From sequence record SRR31156797_3989: a DNA stretch of 38,011 bases. One strand, given 5' to 3'. Of this stretch, positions 28,031-37,845 are shown piece by piece. The notes under the pieces are model-generated. The model made no database searches, was not told the DNA's origin, and saw nothing but the letters and a program-made list of their open reading frames with translations. Position numbers and translations under genes: made by a program. Position 1 is the first letter of the stretch, and each line of letters begins with the position of its first letter.

Positions 28031-29650
28031 TCAGTGAAATGCTGCTTTGAAAAGGGCTTGAGTATACGTATGTTGCGGATTGGCAAACACCGTTGCAGCA
28101 TGACCTGTTTCAACGATTTTGCCGTTTTTCATGACTGCAATGTTATCTGCAATGGCGCGAATTGTCCGTAGGTCATGGGTTATAAAGACATAGGTCATGC
28201 CGTACCGCAACTGTAGTTTTTGTAGTAAATCCAGAATTTGATGCTGGATGGTCATGTCAAGGGCACTGGTCGGTTCATCCAAAATAAGAAGCTTGGGGCG
28301 TAAAATCAATGCCCTGGCTATGGCTATTCGTTGTCGTTGCCCGCCTGAAAATTCATGAGGAAATCGATCAGCCACGTCTAAATCGAGTTCTACATCCGTG
28401 AGGGCATCGTGGATCATTTGAAGTCGTTCATCCCTGGCATGGCCAATTTTGTGGACTCCTAGTCCTTCGCCAATGATTTGTTCAATGGACATGCGAGGAG
28501 AAAGTGAGGAGAACGGATCTTGAAAAACAATTTGGAGATCCTTACGGTAAGGACGGAAACGGCGATTGGAAAATGTTGCCAGGTCAAGGGTTTCGTTATC
28601 AGTATGATAAAGCACCTGGCCTGAAAAGTTGTAGAGCCCGAGCAGGCACATGGCAAGGGTAGATTTGCCTGAGCCGGACTCACCGACAATGCCAAGGGTT
28701 TTTTCTTTTTCCAGGGCGAGATCGACATGATCCACTGCTTTTACCACTGTTACTTTCGGTTTCATGAACCCTGACCAGCCAGACTTCATGGTAAAAGTGC
28801 AGGTGATGTCCTTGAGTTCTAACAACGGGAGAGTCTCGGGTCTTTCTTGTGCGGTGCCACGGGGAATCGAATTAAGCAGATGAATGGTGTAAGGTTGTTT
28901 CGGCTGGCTAAAGATGGAGTGCGTTGTTCCCTGTTCAATAATTTTCCCTTGATGCATGATGGAGACAGTCTCTGCCCGTTGCTTGACCATGGTCAGGTCA
29001 TGGGTGATGAGCAACACGGACATGCCGTACTCCAGCTGGATGTCCTGGATTAAGTCAAGGATCTGGTCCTGGATGGTAATATCAAGCGCAGTGGTCGGCT
29101 CGTCAGCAATGAGTAACTTTGGCTTGCATGCTAGGGCCATGGCAATCATCACCCTTTGTCGTTGGCCGCCGGAGAGCTGGTGTGGATAGGTTGAGAAGCG
29201 GCTTTCAGGATCTTTTATTCCTGTTCGGTCCAGTAAGGTGATTGCATTTTTATAGGCCTGGGATTTGGATTGCTTCTGGTGGAGCATCAATGGTTCTAGC
29301 AACTGGTTACCGATTGTGTAGACCGGGTTGAGAGAGGTCATGGGCTCCTGAAAGATCATGGCTATCTCGTTTCCGCGTAGGCTGCGGACCTCTTTTTTCT
29401 TCAGCGTATCTATTTTTTTCCCGTTAAAGACAATACTGCCGTTGCAGGAAATATTGCTGACATCTTCAAGGAGTCGCAGCACGGAAAGGGCGGTGACTGA
29501 TTTCCCCGAACCAGACTCGCCCACCAGGGCGTGGATTTCCCCCTGTGCAATATCAAACGAGACATTGCTCAACGAAAATTGTTTCTCCTGCATACCCGAT
29601 GAGGCAGCAAATTGGAGGGAGAGATTCTGAATAGACAGCAGTGGTATCAT
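28031..29650 (-). CDS. Fused double-domain peptide/nickel ABC transporter ATPase (YejF-like)
   Basis: Two GESGSGKS Walker A motifs, IFQEPMTSLNP, YPHQLSGGQRQR, VFQDPFSSLSP and FPHEFSGGQRQR. Confidence 0.92.
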   Translation of the reverse strand: MIPLLSIQNLSLQFAASSGMQEKQFSLSNVSFDIAQGEIHALVGESGSGKSVTALSVLRLLEDVSNISCNGSIVFNGKKIDTLKKKEVRSLRGNEIAMIFQEPMTSLNPVYTIGNQLLEPLMLHQKQSKSQAYKNAITLLDRTGIKDPESRFSTYPHQLSGGQRQRVMIAMALACKPKLLIADEPTTALDITIQDQILDLIQDIQLEYGMSVLLITHDLTMVKQRAETVSIMHQGKIIEQGTTHSIFSQPKQPYTIHLLNSIPRGTAQERPETLPLLELKDITCTFTMKSGWSGFMKPKVTVVKAVDHVDLALEKEKTLGIVGESGSGKSTLAMCLLGLYNFSGQVLYHTDNETLDLATFSNRRFRPYRKDLQIVFQDPFSSLSPRMSIEQIIGEGLGVHKIGHARDERLQMIHDALTDVELDLDVADRFPHEFSGGQRQRIAIARALILRPKLLILDEPTSALDMTIQHQILDLLQKLQLRYGMTYVFITHDLRTIRAIADNIAVMKNGKIVETGHAATVFANPQHTYTQALFKAAFH

Positions 29651-29949
29651 AAAATAAAAAGATCCGATATTGCTAAGAGAAAGTGTGGTACTCTACATTA
29701 GAGCTAAAAAGACAGCAATAGGAAGATACAGCTTTAATTTAACTCTTTTTTCTTCAACGTCTTGAAAAGGACCAAAAAAATATTAGTATGCATATCTAAT
29801 TGGTATGGTCGAAGGTGTCAGTAAAAGGAATTTTGCTGTAACAGTGTTATTCTCCAGTTCTTCGGCCTTTTCTGTATGTTCCCAAAAATACATATATATT
29901 TAATTCTTGCTTCGGTTGAGAACAGCTTGTATACCCTGACCATAATTTT

Positions 29950-30741
29950 ATGAAACCCTCACGATCCACAAAGCATGTTTATCGTGATATAATCGGCTTT
30001 CTTGCTGTTGCCTGTTTGAGTGTATGGCTCGTCATGCGAGGCAGCGATAATATTGCTTATAGTTGGCACTGGAAGCAGGTGCTCCCTTATCTTTTTCAGG
30101 TCTATGACGGTGAATTTATAGCTGGTCCTCTTCTTCGTGGCCTGGGAATAACACTTCAGATTACAGTAGTCAGCCTTTTTTTAGCAGGATTATTCGGCCT
30201 TATTACTGCATTGTTGAGGATGTCCTCTTCCCCTGTAGGAAGGTTGCTTGCCAGAGTGTATTTGGAAATTATCCGTAATACGCCCTTATTGGTGCAAATA
30301 TTTTTTCTTTATTTTGTCATGGCACCGATTCTTGACATAGGTAGGTTCGCAACAGCGGTCCTTGCCTTGAGTCTTTTTGAAGGCGCGTACGCATCGGAGA
30401 TTATTAGGGCAGGCATCACTTCTATTTCAAGAGGGCAGTGGGAAGCAGCTCACAGCCTTGGTTTAAGACCGTATGACACTTATCGTAAGATAATCCTCCC
30501 CCAGGCGATTCGAAGAATTCTGCCGCCGCTGACCAGTCAGGCTATTTCATTGATCAAAGACTCAGCACTCGTGAGTACTATAGCCGTATATGACCTGACC
30601 ATGGAAGGCCGAACCATAATTGCTGAGACTTTTATGACCTTTGAAATCTGGTTTACGGTGGCGGCTATCTATTTGTTTATCACCTTGACGCTTTCTGGTT
30701 GCGTATCGCTTTTAGAAAAATATTTTCCGCAACGTGCATAG
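29950..30741 (+). CDS. Polar amino-acid ABC transporter permease
   Basis: [39 protein letters not shown] and LIKDSAL. Confidence 0.93.
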   Translation: MKPSRSTKHVYRDIIGFLAVACLSVWLVMRGSDNIAYSWHWKQVLPYLFQVYDGEFIAGPLLRGLGITLQITVVSLFLAGLFGLITALLRMSSSPVGRLLARVYLEIIRNTPLLVQIFFLYFVMAPILDIGRFATAVLALSLFEGAYASEIIRAGITSISRGQWEAAHSLGLRPYDTYRKIILPQAIRRILPPLTSQAISLIKDSALVSTIAVYDLTMEGRTIIAETFMTFEIWFTVAAIYLFITLTLSGCVSLLEKYFPQRA

Positions 30742-31513
30742 GAGAGAGAATATGACACTCATGGTTCATCCGGAAAGTGAACAGTATATTATAATTGCCG
30801 AGCACCTTAGTAAAAAATTTCCTGGCTCCGTAAAGGCCTTAGATGATTTCACTGTAAAAATAAAGAAGGGTGAAGTTGTTGTCGTTATCGGGCCGTCAGG
30901 CTCTGGAAAATCAACCTTTCTACGTTGTCTTAATGGTCTTGAAGAAATTGATTCCGGTCGGATTATTGTTGATAATATTCCCCTGGATGACAATGAGAAG
31001 CATCGGCTGGAGATCAGGCGTGAAGTAGGGATGGTGTTTCAAGCCTTTAACCTGTTCCCGCACATGACGGTTGTGGAAAATGTTAACCTGGCACAGCAAC
31101 TGGTACGTCGAACTAGCAAGAAAGAGGCAACAACCCTTACTTTGTCTCTGCTTAAGAAGGTGGGTGTGGCGGAAAAGGCGAATAGCTACCCAGAGGCCCT
31201 TTCAGGTGGACAACAGCAACGGGTTGCCATTGCCAGGGCACTGGCCCTGATGCCTAAAGTCATGCTTTTTGATGAGGCTACCAGTGCTCTTGATCCAGAA
31301 ATGATTGGTGAGGTTCTAGATGTAATGCGTAACCTTGCTGCCGAAGGGATGACCATGGTGGTGGTAACCCATGAAATGGGATTTGCTAGAGAAGTGAGTG
31401 ACCGGGTAGTTTTTATGGAAGATGGGCGTATTGTTGAAACGGGTGATGCTGATGCAATTTTTTCTGCGCCGCAACAGGAAAGAACCAGTGAATTTTTGCG
31501 GCAAATTCTGTAG
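30734..31513 (+). CDS. Polar amino-acid ABC transporter ATP-binding protein (GlnQ-like)
   Basis: [40 protein letters not shown] and [10 protein letters not shown]. Start is GTG 30734 or ATG 30752. Confidence 0.94.
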   Translation: MHRRENMTLMVHPESEQYIIIAEHLSKKFPGSVKALDDFTVKIKKGEVVVVIGPSGSGKSTFLRCLNGLEEIDSGRIIVDNIPLDDNEKHRLEIRREVGMVFQAFNLFPHMTVVENVNLAQQLVRRTSKKEATTLTLSLLKKVGVAEKANSYPEALSGGQQQRVAIARALALMPKVMLFDEATSALDPEMIGEVLDVMRNLAAEGMTMVVVTHEMGFAREVSDRVVFMEDGRIVETGDADAIFSAPQQERTSEFLRQIL

Positions 31514-31738
31514 GGTGTGACCAGGATAAGAGTAACTTGTTGGTAATACCGAGTTTTTCACTAATGGGTGTCTTGGGTAATTAGATTTTCCGTTCTAGAT
31601 TAAGGCATGCTGAAAAAATCCCGCTGGCATAGGTTTAATATCGAAGTCTACGCTGCCTCCGAGGATATTCTTTTAAGCATAACCAAGAGATTGGGCGAAA
31701 AGGTAATTATTTCAGGATGGCCTGCAATTTAAGGAGGC

Positions 31739-32572
31739 ATGATTATGCAAAACAAAGCTCGAATTGTTGTAATGTTGCTGTTCTTTTTCGTTATCGCCGC
31801 ATTTGTTCACCCTTGCATGGCTGGAGACCTGCACAATAAACTCGCTGCTGAAAGTACCATTGAGCAGATCATCAAGCGTGGCACGATAAAGGTTGGTATG
31901 GATATCTTCGTCCCCTGGGCCATGAAAAATAAAAAAGGCGAGCTTGTCGGTTTTGAAATAGATGTGGCTAAGCAACTGGCTGAAGATATGGGAGTCAAGG
32001 TGGAGTTTGTACCTACGAAATGGTCAGGTATTATACCTGCGCTGGCCGCTGGAAAATTCGATGTTATCATTGGCGGTATGACAGTTACTCCAAAACGAAA
32101 CATGAAAATTAACTTTACCCGCCCTTACTACTATACAAGCCAAGGGTTGCTGGCAAATCGCAAGATGACAGAAGGTTTTACCGTTGAAGATTTTAATAGC
32201 CCTAAAGTGACCATTGCCGCCCGTCTTGGCTCTACCGGTGCTGTGGCTGCAAAGGACAACTTTCCCAAGGCTAAATTGAGGCTGTTTGATGATGAACCGG
32301 CAGCAGTACAGGAAGTGAAGAACGGGCGTGTTCATGCAATGGTAGGTGGTCAGCCGCTCCCTGCGCACATTGCGTCAGAATCTCCGGATACTCTGAAAGC
32401 CTTTAGTGAGCAGTTGATGAAGGAACCAATGTGCTTTGGTATTCGCAAAGGTGATGTGGATACTTTAAATTTCTTTAATAACTGGATTGAGATTGTCAGG
32501 TCCAAAGGATGGGTCGATAAAAAATACTCCTACTGGTTTGAAAGCACCCAATGGAAAGATCAGCTGCAATAG
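31739..32572 (+). CDS. Polar amino-acid ABC transporter periplasmic binding protein (SBP family 3)
   Basis: Signal peptide, GELVGFEID.A..LA..MGV, W.GIIPAL.AGKFD and MTVTPKR...INFT.PY. AAGGAGG RBS. Confidence 0.93.
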   Translation: MIMQNKARIVVMLLFFFVIAAFVHPCMAGDLHNKLAAESTIEQIIKRGTIKVGMDIFVPWAMKNKKGELVGFEIDVAKQLAEDMGVKVEFVPTKWSGIIPALAAGKFDVIIGGMTVTPKRNMKINFTRPYYYTSQGLLANRKMTEGFTVEDFNSPKVTIAARLGSTGAVAAKDNFPKAKLRLFDDEPAAVQEVKNGRVHAMVGGQPLPAHIASESPDTLKAFSEQLMKEPMCFGIRKGDVDTLNFFNNWIEIVRSKGWVDKKYSYWFESTQWKDQLQ

Positions 32573-32605
32573 CAGGTTGATTTATTTTGCCAGTCCTTCA
32601 TTAAT

Positions 32606-33487
32606 ATGCAATCATCCCGTCATAAAATACGTCTGCTCGACTTTTTCCTTCTTACCCTGCTGCTTGGCGCAGCAGGGTTTATTATTTTCAGGATTACGTT
32701 ACGCCTTGATTATAATTGGAACTGGTCGATCATCCCCCAGTATCTTTTTCGGTATGATCAGGAACAGGGACGGTGGGTAACCAACTATCTTGTAGATGGT
32801 CTGCTTACAACATTGCGCCTGAGCCTTTGGAGTAGTTTGCTTGCCTTTGCTCTTGGCCTGCTCATGGCACTTGCCCGCACCAGTTCGAGCCTTTTTTTGC
32901 AGCTGATATCTCGTTGCTATATTGAACTGATGCGCAATCTGCCGCCATTGGTTATTATTTTTATTTTTTATTTTTTTCTTGCCGATCAGATCTTACCTCT
33001 TTTAGGGATAGAAAGTTTGATCGCTAAAAGTTCCACTGGCCTGCAAGGTGTTATCTCGTTTTGTTTTGCACCTGTGTCTTCGCTGGTCCCTTTTCTGTCG
33101 GCTCTTATAACCCTGGCAGTGTTTGAGAGTGCCTATGTGGCAGAGATTTTAAGATCTGGAATCGAATCCATATCAAGGCATCAGTGGGAGGCAGCGCATG
33201 CACTTGGGCTTAAACGTTGGCAGACACTGTATTATATTATTCTTCCGCAGGCTTTTCGGCGGGTACTTCCACCTCTTGCCGGCCAGATTATTTCTTTGAT
33301 TAAAGACTCTGCCATTGTCTCTGTTATTTCCATTCAGGAACTGACCTATCAGGGGACACAATTAATGGCATCAACTTATTTAACCATTGAAGTGTGGATC
33401 ACCATTGCCTGTATGTATCTCTTGCTTACCTTTCCCTGTTCAGCAGCTGTCAGCTGGTTGGAGAGGCGAATGAATCGCAATGGGTGA
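32606..33487 (+). CDS. Polar amino-acid ABC transporter permease
   Basis: YIELMRNLPPLV, AYVAEILRSGI, QWEAA.ALG, ILPQA and LIKDSAI. Confidence 0.93.
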   Translation: MQSSRHKIRLLDFFLLTLLLGAAGFIIFRITLRLDYNWNWSIIPQYLFRYDQEQGRWVTNYLVDGLLTTLRLSLWSSLLAFALGLLMALARTSSSLFLQLISRCYIELMRNLPPLVIIFIFYFFLADQILPLLGIESLIAKSSTGLQGVISFCFAPVSSLVPFLSALITLAVFESAYVAEILRSGIESISRHQWEAAHALGLKRWQTLYYIILPQAFRRVLPPLAGQIISLIKDSAIVSVISIQELTYQGTQLMASTYLTIEVWITIACMYLLLTFPCSAAVSWLERRMNRNG

Positions 33488-33713
33488 TGAGTATTTTACC
33501 GTTGCCCCACCGATGAAGCTTTATTATCCTGTGGGTGCTTTGGAAAATTGGTTTTTTTTAATCTTGGTATTAAGTTCAGAATGTTATCCTCGGAAGTAGC
33601 CTAGACTCCGATAGTAAACTTATGCTTGCGATAAATTTACCGCGTGCCTTTGCTTGATCTAAAAACTTCAATTTTCAAGACTGTTTCCTTCTTTACTTTA
33701 GGTGCATCAACAT

Positions 33714-35132
33714 ATGATAAAACATCGAGTTGTACAGAAAATTCTGTCTTGTTTTCTTTGCATTACCCTGTTGGGACTACCTGTACAAGTGTCGTCTTTG
33801 ACTATCGGCGAGGAGCGTCGTATCGGCGAAAAACTACTTTATTCTGTGCGCGGCGAATTTACAGTCCTGGATGACCCTGATATTCATAGTTATATCAACC
33901 AGCTTGGTCATAGTGTCCTCAGCACTGTAGGTCCACAATTTTTTGATTACCATTTTTTTGTCGTTAAAAGCGCCCAGTTTAATGCTTTTGCAGCACCTGC
34001 AGGGTTGGTCTTTTTTTATACAGGATTGATTGAGACGATGAAGGATGAAGATGAATTACTAAGCGTCCTTGCCCATGAAATTGGTCATGTAGTTAGCAGA
34101 CATATCGCCCAGCGTATTGATAAAAGTGGAAAAGTCAGTGTTGTTTCTCTGGCTTTGGGGCTTGCCGGTCTAGCCTTGGGCGTGCCTGCCCTTTCACAAG
34201 GGATATTAGCAGGGTCGATTGCCGCCGGTCAGGCTATGCAACTGGAATACAGTAGAAATGACGAGGAGCAAGCTGATCGCCTTTCCTTCGAATGGATGCA
34301 GAAAATGCATAGAAACCCCAAGGCAATGGAAGGGATGCTGCGCACCATGCGGCGTATTACCCGCTATAGATCAGGTAAATTGCCCCAGTACCTCCTGACT
34401 CACCCTAATCCTGAAGCTCGTTTGAGCTATGTCGAGTCTTTGGTTTCCCTCGATGATAAGCAACAGCAGATGGCCTACTATGCCTCAACCGATAATTTTG
34501 CTTTTTTCCGTTTCAAGTACCGGATACTGCAGCAGACAATGGAGCCTGAAAAAATACGGGTTTTTTGTGCAAATGCTATTGCTTCCAACAAGGATAAGGT
34601 TCAAACAAACATGGCCCAATTCGGATTGGCTCTAGTGGAGGCCGAGGAACATAACACTGAAAGGGCGCTTGAACTGTTGGCAAAAGTAAAAAATGCGTAC
34701 CCTAATGAGTATATCCTTGATATAGATCGGGCTGTTATCTATGCCGATAGCCAGCAGTTGGACATGGCAAAGGCAATATTGGATAAGATAGTGTATCGGA
34801 ATCCGGGGGATATGTATGGGGTATACCAACTGGCCTTGGTTGAATATGATCTGGGTAACCTGGAAAAAGCTAAGGAGCTGTTTATGAGGGTGGCAAAAGA
34901 GCTTCCTCAAAATGCACAAACATTTTATGAACTCGGGCGGCTAAGTGCAGACAAGGGTGAGCAGCATGTAAGCAGGTTTTACCTCGGAAAATACTACCTT
35001 TACAAAGGCAGGGTGAAAACAGCAAAGCAGTACTTACAAAGTGTCTCTAAGGAAGAGGGGGTTCCGGAAAGAATACAAAATGAAGCACTGGAAATACTCG
35101 ATAAACTCAAAAAACTAGAAAAAGAAAAATAA
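33714..35132 (+). CDS. M48 family metalloprotease with TPR repeats (BepA/YfgC-like)
   Basis: Signal peptide, NAFAAP.G, HEIGH zinc motif, YSR..E..AD, YLLTHP..R and C-terminal TPR-like helices. Start ATG 33714 or GTG 33702. Confidence 0.9.
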   Translation: MIKHRVVQKILSCFLCITLLGLPVQVSSLTIGEERRIGEKLLYSVRGEFTVLDDPDIHSYINQLGHSVLSTVGPQFFDYHFFVVKSAQFNAFAAPAGLVFFYTGLIETMKDEDELLSVLAHEIGHVVSRHIAQRIDKSGKVSVVSLALGLAGLALGVPALSQGILAGSIAAGQAMQLEYSRNDEEQADRLSFEWMQKMHRNPKAMEGMLRTMRRITRYRSGKLPQYLLTHPNPEARLSYVESLVSLDDKQQQMAYYASTDNFAFFRFKYRILQQTMEPEKIRVFCANAIASNKDKVQTNMAQFGLALVEAEEHNTERALELLAKVKNAYPNEYILDIDRAVIYADSQQLDMAKAILDKIVYRNPGDMYGVYQLALVEYDLGNLEKAKELFMRVAKELPQNAQTFYELGRLSADKGEQHVSRFYLGKYYLYKGRVKTAKQYLQSVSKEEGVPERIQNEALEILDKLKKLEKEK

Positions 35133-35142
35133 ACTTTACACT

Positions 35143-35553
35143 ATGTTGAAACGTTTCTCCATTTCTCTTGAAGAAGAATTGCTGGCTCGGTTTGATGCAT
35201 ATATCGAAACCAAAGGGTATTCTAATCGATCGGAGGCTATCCGGGATTTAATCCGTAAAACGCAGGTCAGTGAGGAATGGGAACAGGACAGCGACGTAGT
35301 AGGGGTGGTTACGCTCGTTTTTAATCACCATCAATCACAGTTGCAGGAGAAAATCACCGAACTGCAGCATGGTTATCATCATCTGATTACCTCAACCACC
35401 CATGTCCATATGGATCACCATAATTGTCTGGAGGTGACCATTGTCAAAGGAACGGCCTCTACTGTTCAGGAACTTGCTGCCCAACTTATGGCTCTGCGGG
35501 GTGTTAAAGACGGTAATTTGACCATGTCCAGTACAGGAGGGCATCTCGCCTGA
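35143..35553 (+). CDS. nikR: Nickel-responsive transcriptional regulator
   Basis: RHH domain (RFSISL, GYSNRSEAIRDLIR) and nickel ligands in LQH and THVHMDHHNCLE. Confidence 0.95.
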   Translation: MLKRFSISLEEELLARFDAYIETKGYSNRSEAIRDLIRKTQVSEEWEQDSDVVGVVTLVFNHHQSQLQEKITELQHGYHHLITSTTHVHMDHHNCLEVTIVKGTASTVQELAAQLMALRGVKDGNLTMSSTGGHLA

Positions 35554-35556
35554 TAT

Positions 35557-36936
35557 TTATTCGGTTTCTTTGTTTCTGCGCCAGTTGGAATGGGTAATTC
35601 CGAACTTCTTGACCTTGTAGTTGAGCGCTCTAGGACTTATCCCGAGTACCTTAGCAGCGTTTTTCTGGACCCATAGGTTCTCTTCCAAGGCCTTCACAAT
35701 AAGTTCTTTTTCCTGGACAATCAGCGGCTCATTGGATCTGGCAGCGGCATTGTTTACTATGTTTGTATCGGGAAGATGGATAGCTTCTCGGTGAATAATA
35801 TCATTTTCTTCTAGAATAATTGCTCTTTCAATGGTGTTGGCCAGCTGGCGAATATTGCCCGGCCAGTGGTATTGCTGTAACAGGTCAAGGGTTTCCACCG
35901 AAAATCCTTTTATGGTTCGTTTCATGGAGGTGGCGGATTTTTTAAGCAGCTCCTCAGCAAGAGGTATGATGCAGAGCGGACGTTCGAAAAGTTGCGGTAG
36001 TGGGACGGGGAGTACATTAATTCGGTAGAAAAGATCTTCACGAAATTTATTGTCAATCACCTGCTGCTGTAGGTCTCTGTTGGTTGCGGCAATGACTCGT
36101 ACGTCCACTTCGATGGTTTTGTTGCCCCCAACACGTTCAAAGGATTTTTCTTCGATAACCCGCAACAATTTGGATTGAATTTCAAGTGGTATTTCACCGA
36201 TTTCATCGAGGAATATAGTGCCTTTGTCAGCCTGCTCAAAGCGTCCGATTCGTTGTTTGTCAGCACCAGTGAAAGCCCCTTTTTCATGACCGAATAACTC
36301 ACTTTCCAACAGGGTTTCTGGTATATTGGCACAATTAATTTTGATAAAAGGGTGTTTGTGTCGCGGAGAGTTGTAATGTATGGTCCCGGACAAGAAACTT
36401 TTACCTGTGCCTGTTGCGCCGGTTATGAGAATGGTTGAGTCTGAGGCGGAGAATTTTTTAAGACTGCTGATGACGCTTTTGAAGCAGGGAGTCTCTGCTA
36501 TGATTGCGTCAAAATCATAGGTGATATTCTGTTTTCTGCGTAAGTAATCAATTTCACTGTCTTTTGAGTGGTCTGTGATAGCTTTTTTGACAACTAGCTG
36601 CACCCTGGTTTTTGAGAAGGGCGGGGCTATAAAATCATAGGCTCCTTCTTTAATGGCTTCAAAAATAAAATTTGTTTCGTCGAGAGGGGAAGTGATAATG
36701 ATTGGAGTGTGAGGTGTTTGAGCCTTGGTTTCTTTCAGTAAATCAAAAGTGGCGCCGTTGGTTGGTTGGGCATTGATAAAAATGACATCATACTCATTTT
36801 TATTTATGGCACGTTGAAACGATTCTTGGTCATACTGGAAACTAAGATTTGATGTGGAAGCTAATGCTTCAATGAGTATGTCTTTACTTCCGGAATCTTC
36901 TTCGTATGCAAGGACGGAAACTTTTTGTTTTGCCAT
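35557..36936 (-). CDS. Sigma54-dependent enhancer-binding protein with degenerate receiver domain
   Basis: Walker A GATGTGKS, INCA, ESELFGHEKGAFTGA, FLDEIGE, FREDLFYRINV, WPGNIRQL and a Fis-type HTH. Start placed at ATG 36936. Confidence 0.92.
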   Translation of the reverse strand: MAKQKVSVLAYEEDSGSKDILIEALASTSNLSFQYDQESFQRAINKNEYDVIFINAQPTNGATFDLLKETKAQTPHTPIIITSPLDETNFIFEAIKEGAYDFIAPPFSKTRVQLVVKKAITDHSKDSEIDYLRRKQNITYDFDAIIAETPCFKSVISSLKKFSASDSTILITGATGTGKSFLSGTIHYNSPRHKHPFIKINCANIPETLLESELFGHEKGAFTGADKQRIGRFEQADKGTIFLDEIGEIPLEIQSKLLRVIEEKSFERVGGNKTIEVDVRVIAATNRDLQQQVIDNKFREDLFYRINVLPVPLPQLFERPLCIIPLAEELLKKSATSMKRTIKGFSVETLDLLQQYHWPGNIRQLANTIERAIILEENDIIHREAIHLPDTNIVNNAAARSNEPLIVQEKELIVKALEENLWVQKNAAKVLGISPRALNYKVKKFGITHSNWRRNKETE

Positions 36937-37062
36937 AGCAGTCACTTCGTGTCTGTTTCGAATTTGTACTTCTAATACCCTTTTTGTAATTATAATGGCT
37001 TTCACCTAGGAAAGTAAAGAGGTGATTTGCTAGGTGTTGACTTTTTTCCCCTTTGCCTAATC

Positions 37063-37530
37063 ATGAAAAATAAGATTGTCCCATTGGATGTTATATTTAT
37101 GAAAGCAGCCCTTTCCTGTGCAAGGGAATCAGAGGTTCTGGAAGAGGTACCGGTAGGTGCTGTCCTGGCAGACAGCACCGGTAAAGTTATTGCGGCCTGT
37201 GGCAATAATTGTATCGCAGCCAATGACCCGACCGGTCATGCCGAGATACGAACCCTTCGTGAGGCTGCTCGCATTTCAAGTAATTACAGGTTTCCGGATA
37301 CGACAATGTATGTCACCCTTGAGCCATGTGCCATGTGTGCTGCAGCTCTAGTACATGCAAGGGTGAAAAGAGTTGTTTTTGGGGCTGATGATCCAAAAGC
37401 AGGAGCTATACATTCGCAATACAATATCGGAACAGATGGTAAGTTAAATCACGTTTTTTTAGTGACATCAGGAGTGCTGAAAGAGGAGTGCAGTGTTCTG
37501 TTGAAAAATTTTTTTAAAAAACGACGTTAA
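37063..37530 (+). CDS. tadA: tRNA adenosine(34) deaminase
   Basis: EVPVGAV, DPTGHAE, YVTLEPCAMC, FGA.DPKAGA, LNH and FFKKRR. Start ATG 37063. Confidence 0.95.
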   Translation: MKNKIVPLDVIFMKAALSCARESEVLEEVPVGAVLADSTGKVIAACGNNCIAANDPTGHAEIRTLREAARISSNYRFPDTTMYVTLEPCAMCAAALVHARVKRVVFGADDPKAGAIHSQYNIGTDGKLNHVFLVTSGVLKEECSVLLKNFFKKRR

Positions 37531-37620
37531 TTTTTATTGTAAAATTTGTGCGCACGGGATACATACATGCCTCCATCAACTCAATTTGCACAGAGCAATG
37601 TCAATTGCCCTGGAAGATAT

Positions 37621-37706
37621 GGAGAGGTGACCGAGTGGCTTAAGGTGCACGCCTGGAACGCGTGTGTACGCAAGTACCGTGAGTTCGAATCTCACCCTCT
37701 CCGCCA
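37621..37706 (+). tRNA. tRNA-Ser (GGA)
   Basis: GGAGAGG/CCTCTCC acceptor stem with GCCA end, anticodon arm CACGC-CTGGAAC-GCGTG, long variable arm GTAC-GCAA-GTAC, and GTTCGAATC T-loop. Confidence 0.97.
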
Positions 37707-37711
37707 TTTAC

Positions 37712-37745
37712 AAAAGCCCTTCAGGCTTGAAGCTGAAGGGCTTTT
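37712..37745 (+). terminator. Intrinsic (potentially bidirectional) terminator after tRNA-Ser
   Basis: AAAAGCCCTTCAG-N8-CTGAAGGGCTTTT. Confidence 0.85.
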
Positions 37746-37810
37746 GTTGTGTTGGTGAATGGGTGATATGACTGCATAAGGTAGTCGTATGCGAAAAAAC
37801 GTAAAATTAC

Positions 37811-37839
37811 TTGACGTCACTTTGTGCGGATAGTATATA
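37811..37839 (+). promoter_or_regulatory. Putative sigma70 promoter of the SRP RNA
   Basis: TTGACG-N17-TATATA just upstream of the structured RNA. Confidence 0.65.
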
Positions 37840-37845
37840 GCCCAG

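Noticed and set aside
31625-31640. TGGCATAGGTTTAATA possible sigma54 promoter before the binding-protein gene
   Set aside because: Lacks the -12 GC.
31637-31649. AATATCGAAGTCT shared (inverted) with the palindrome region at 8183..8195
   Set aside because: A single 13-mer match is expected by chance in a window this size, and the palindrome is not preserved here.
37546-37758. 70-aa ORF
   Set aside because: Overlaps tRNA-Ser and its terminator; a shadow ORF.
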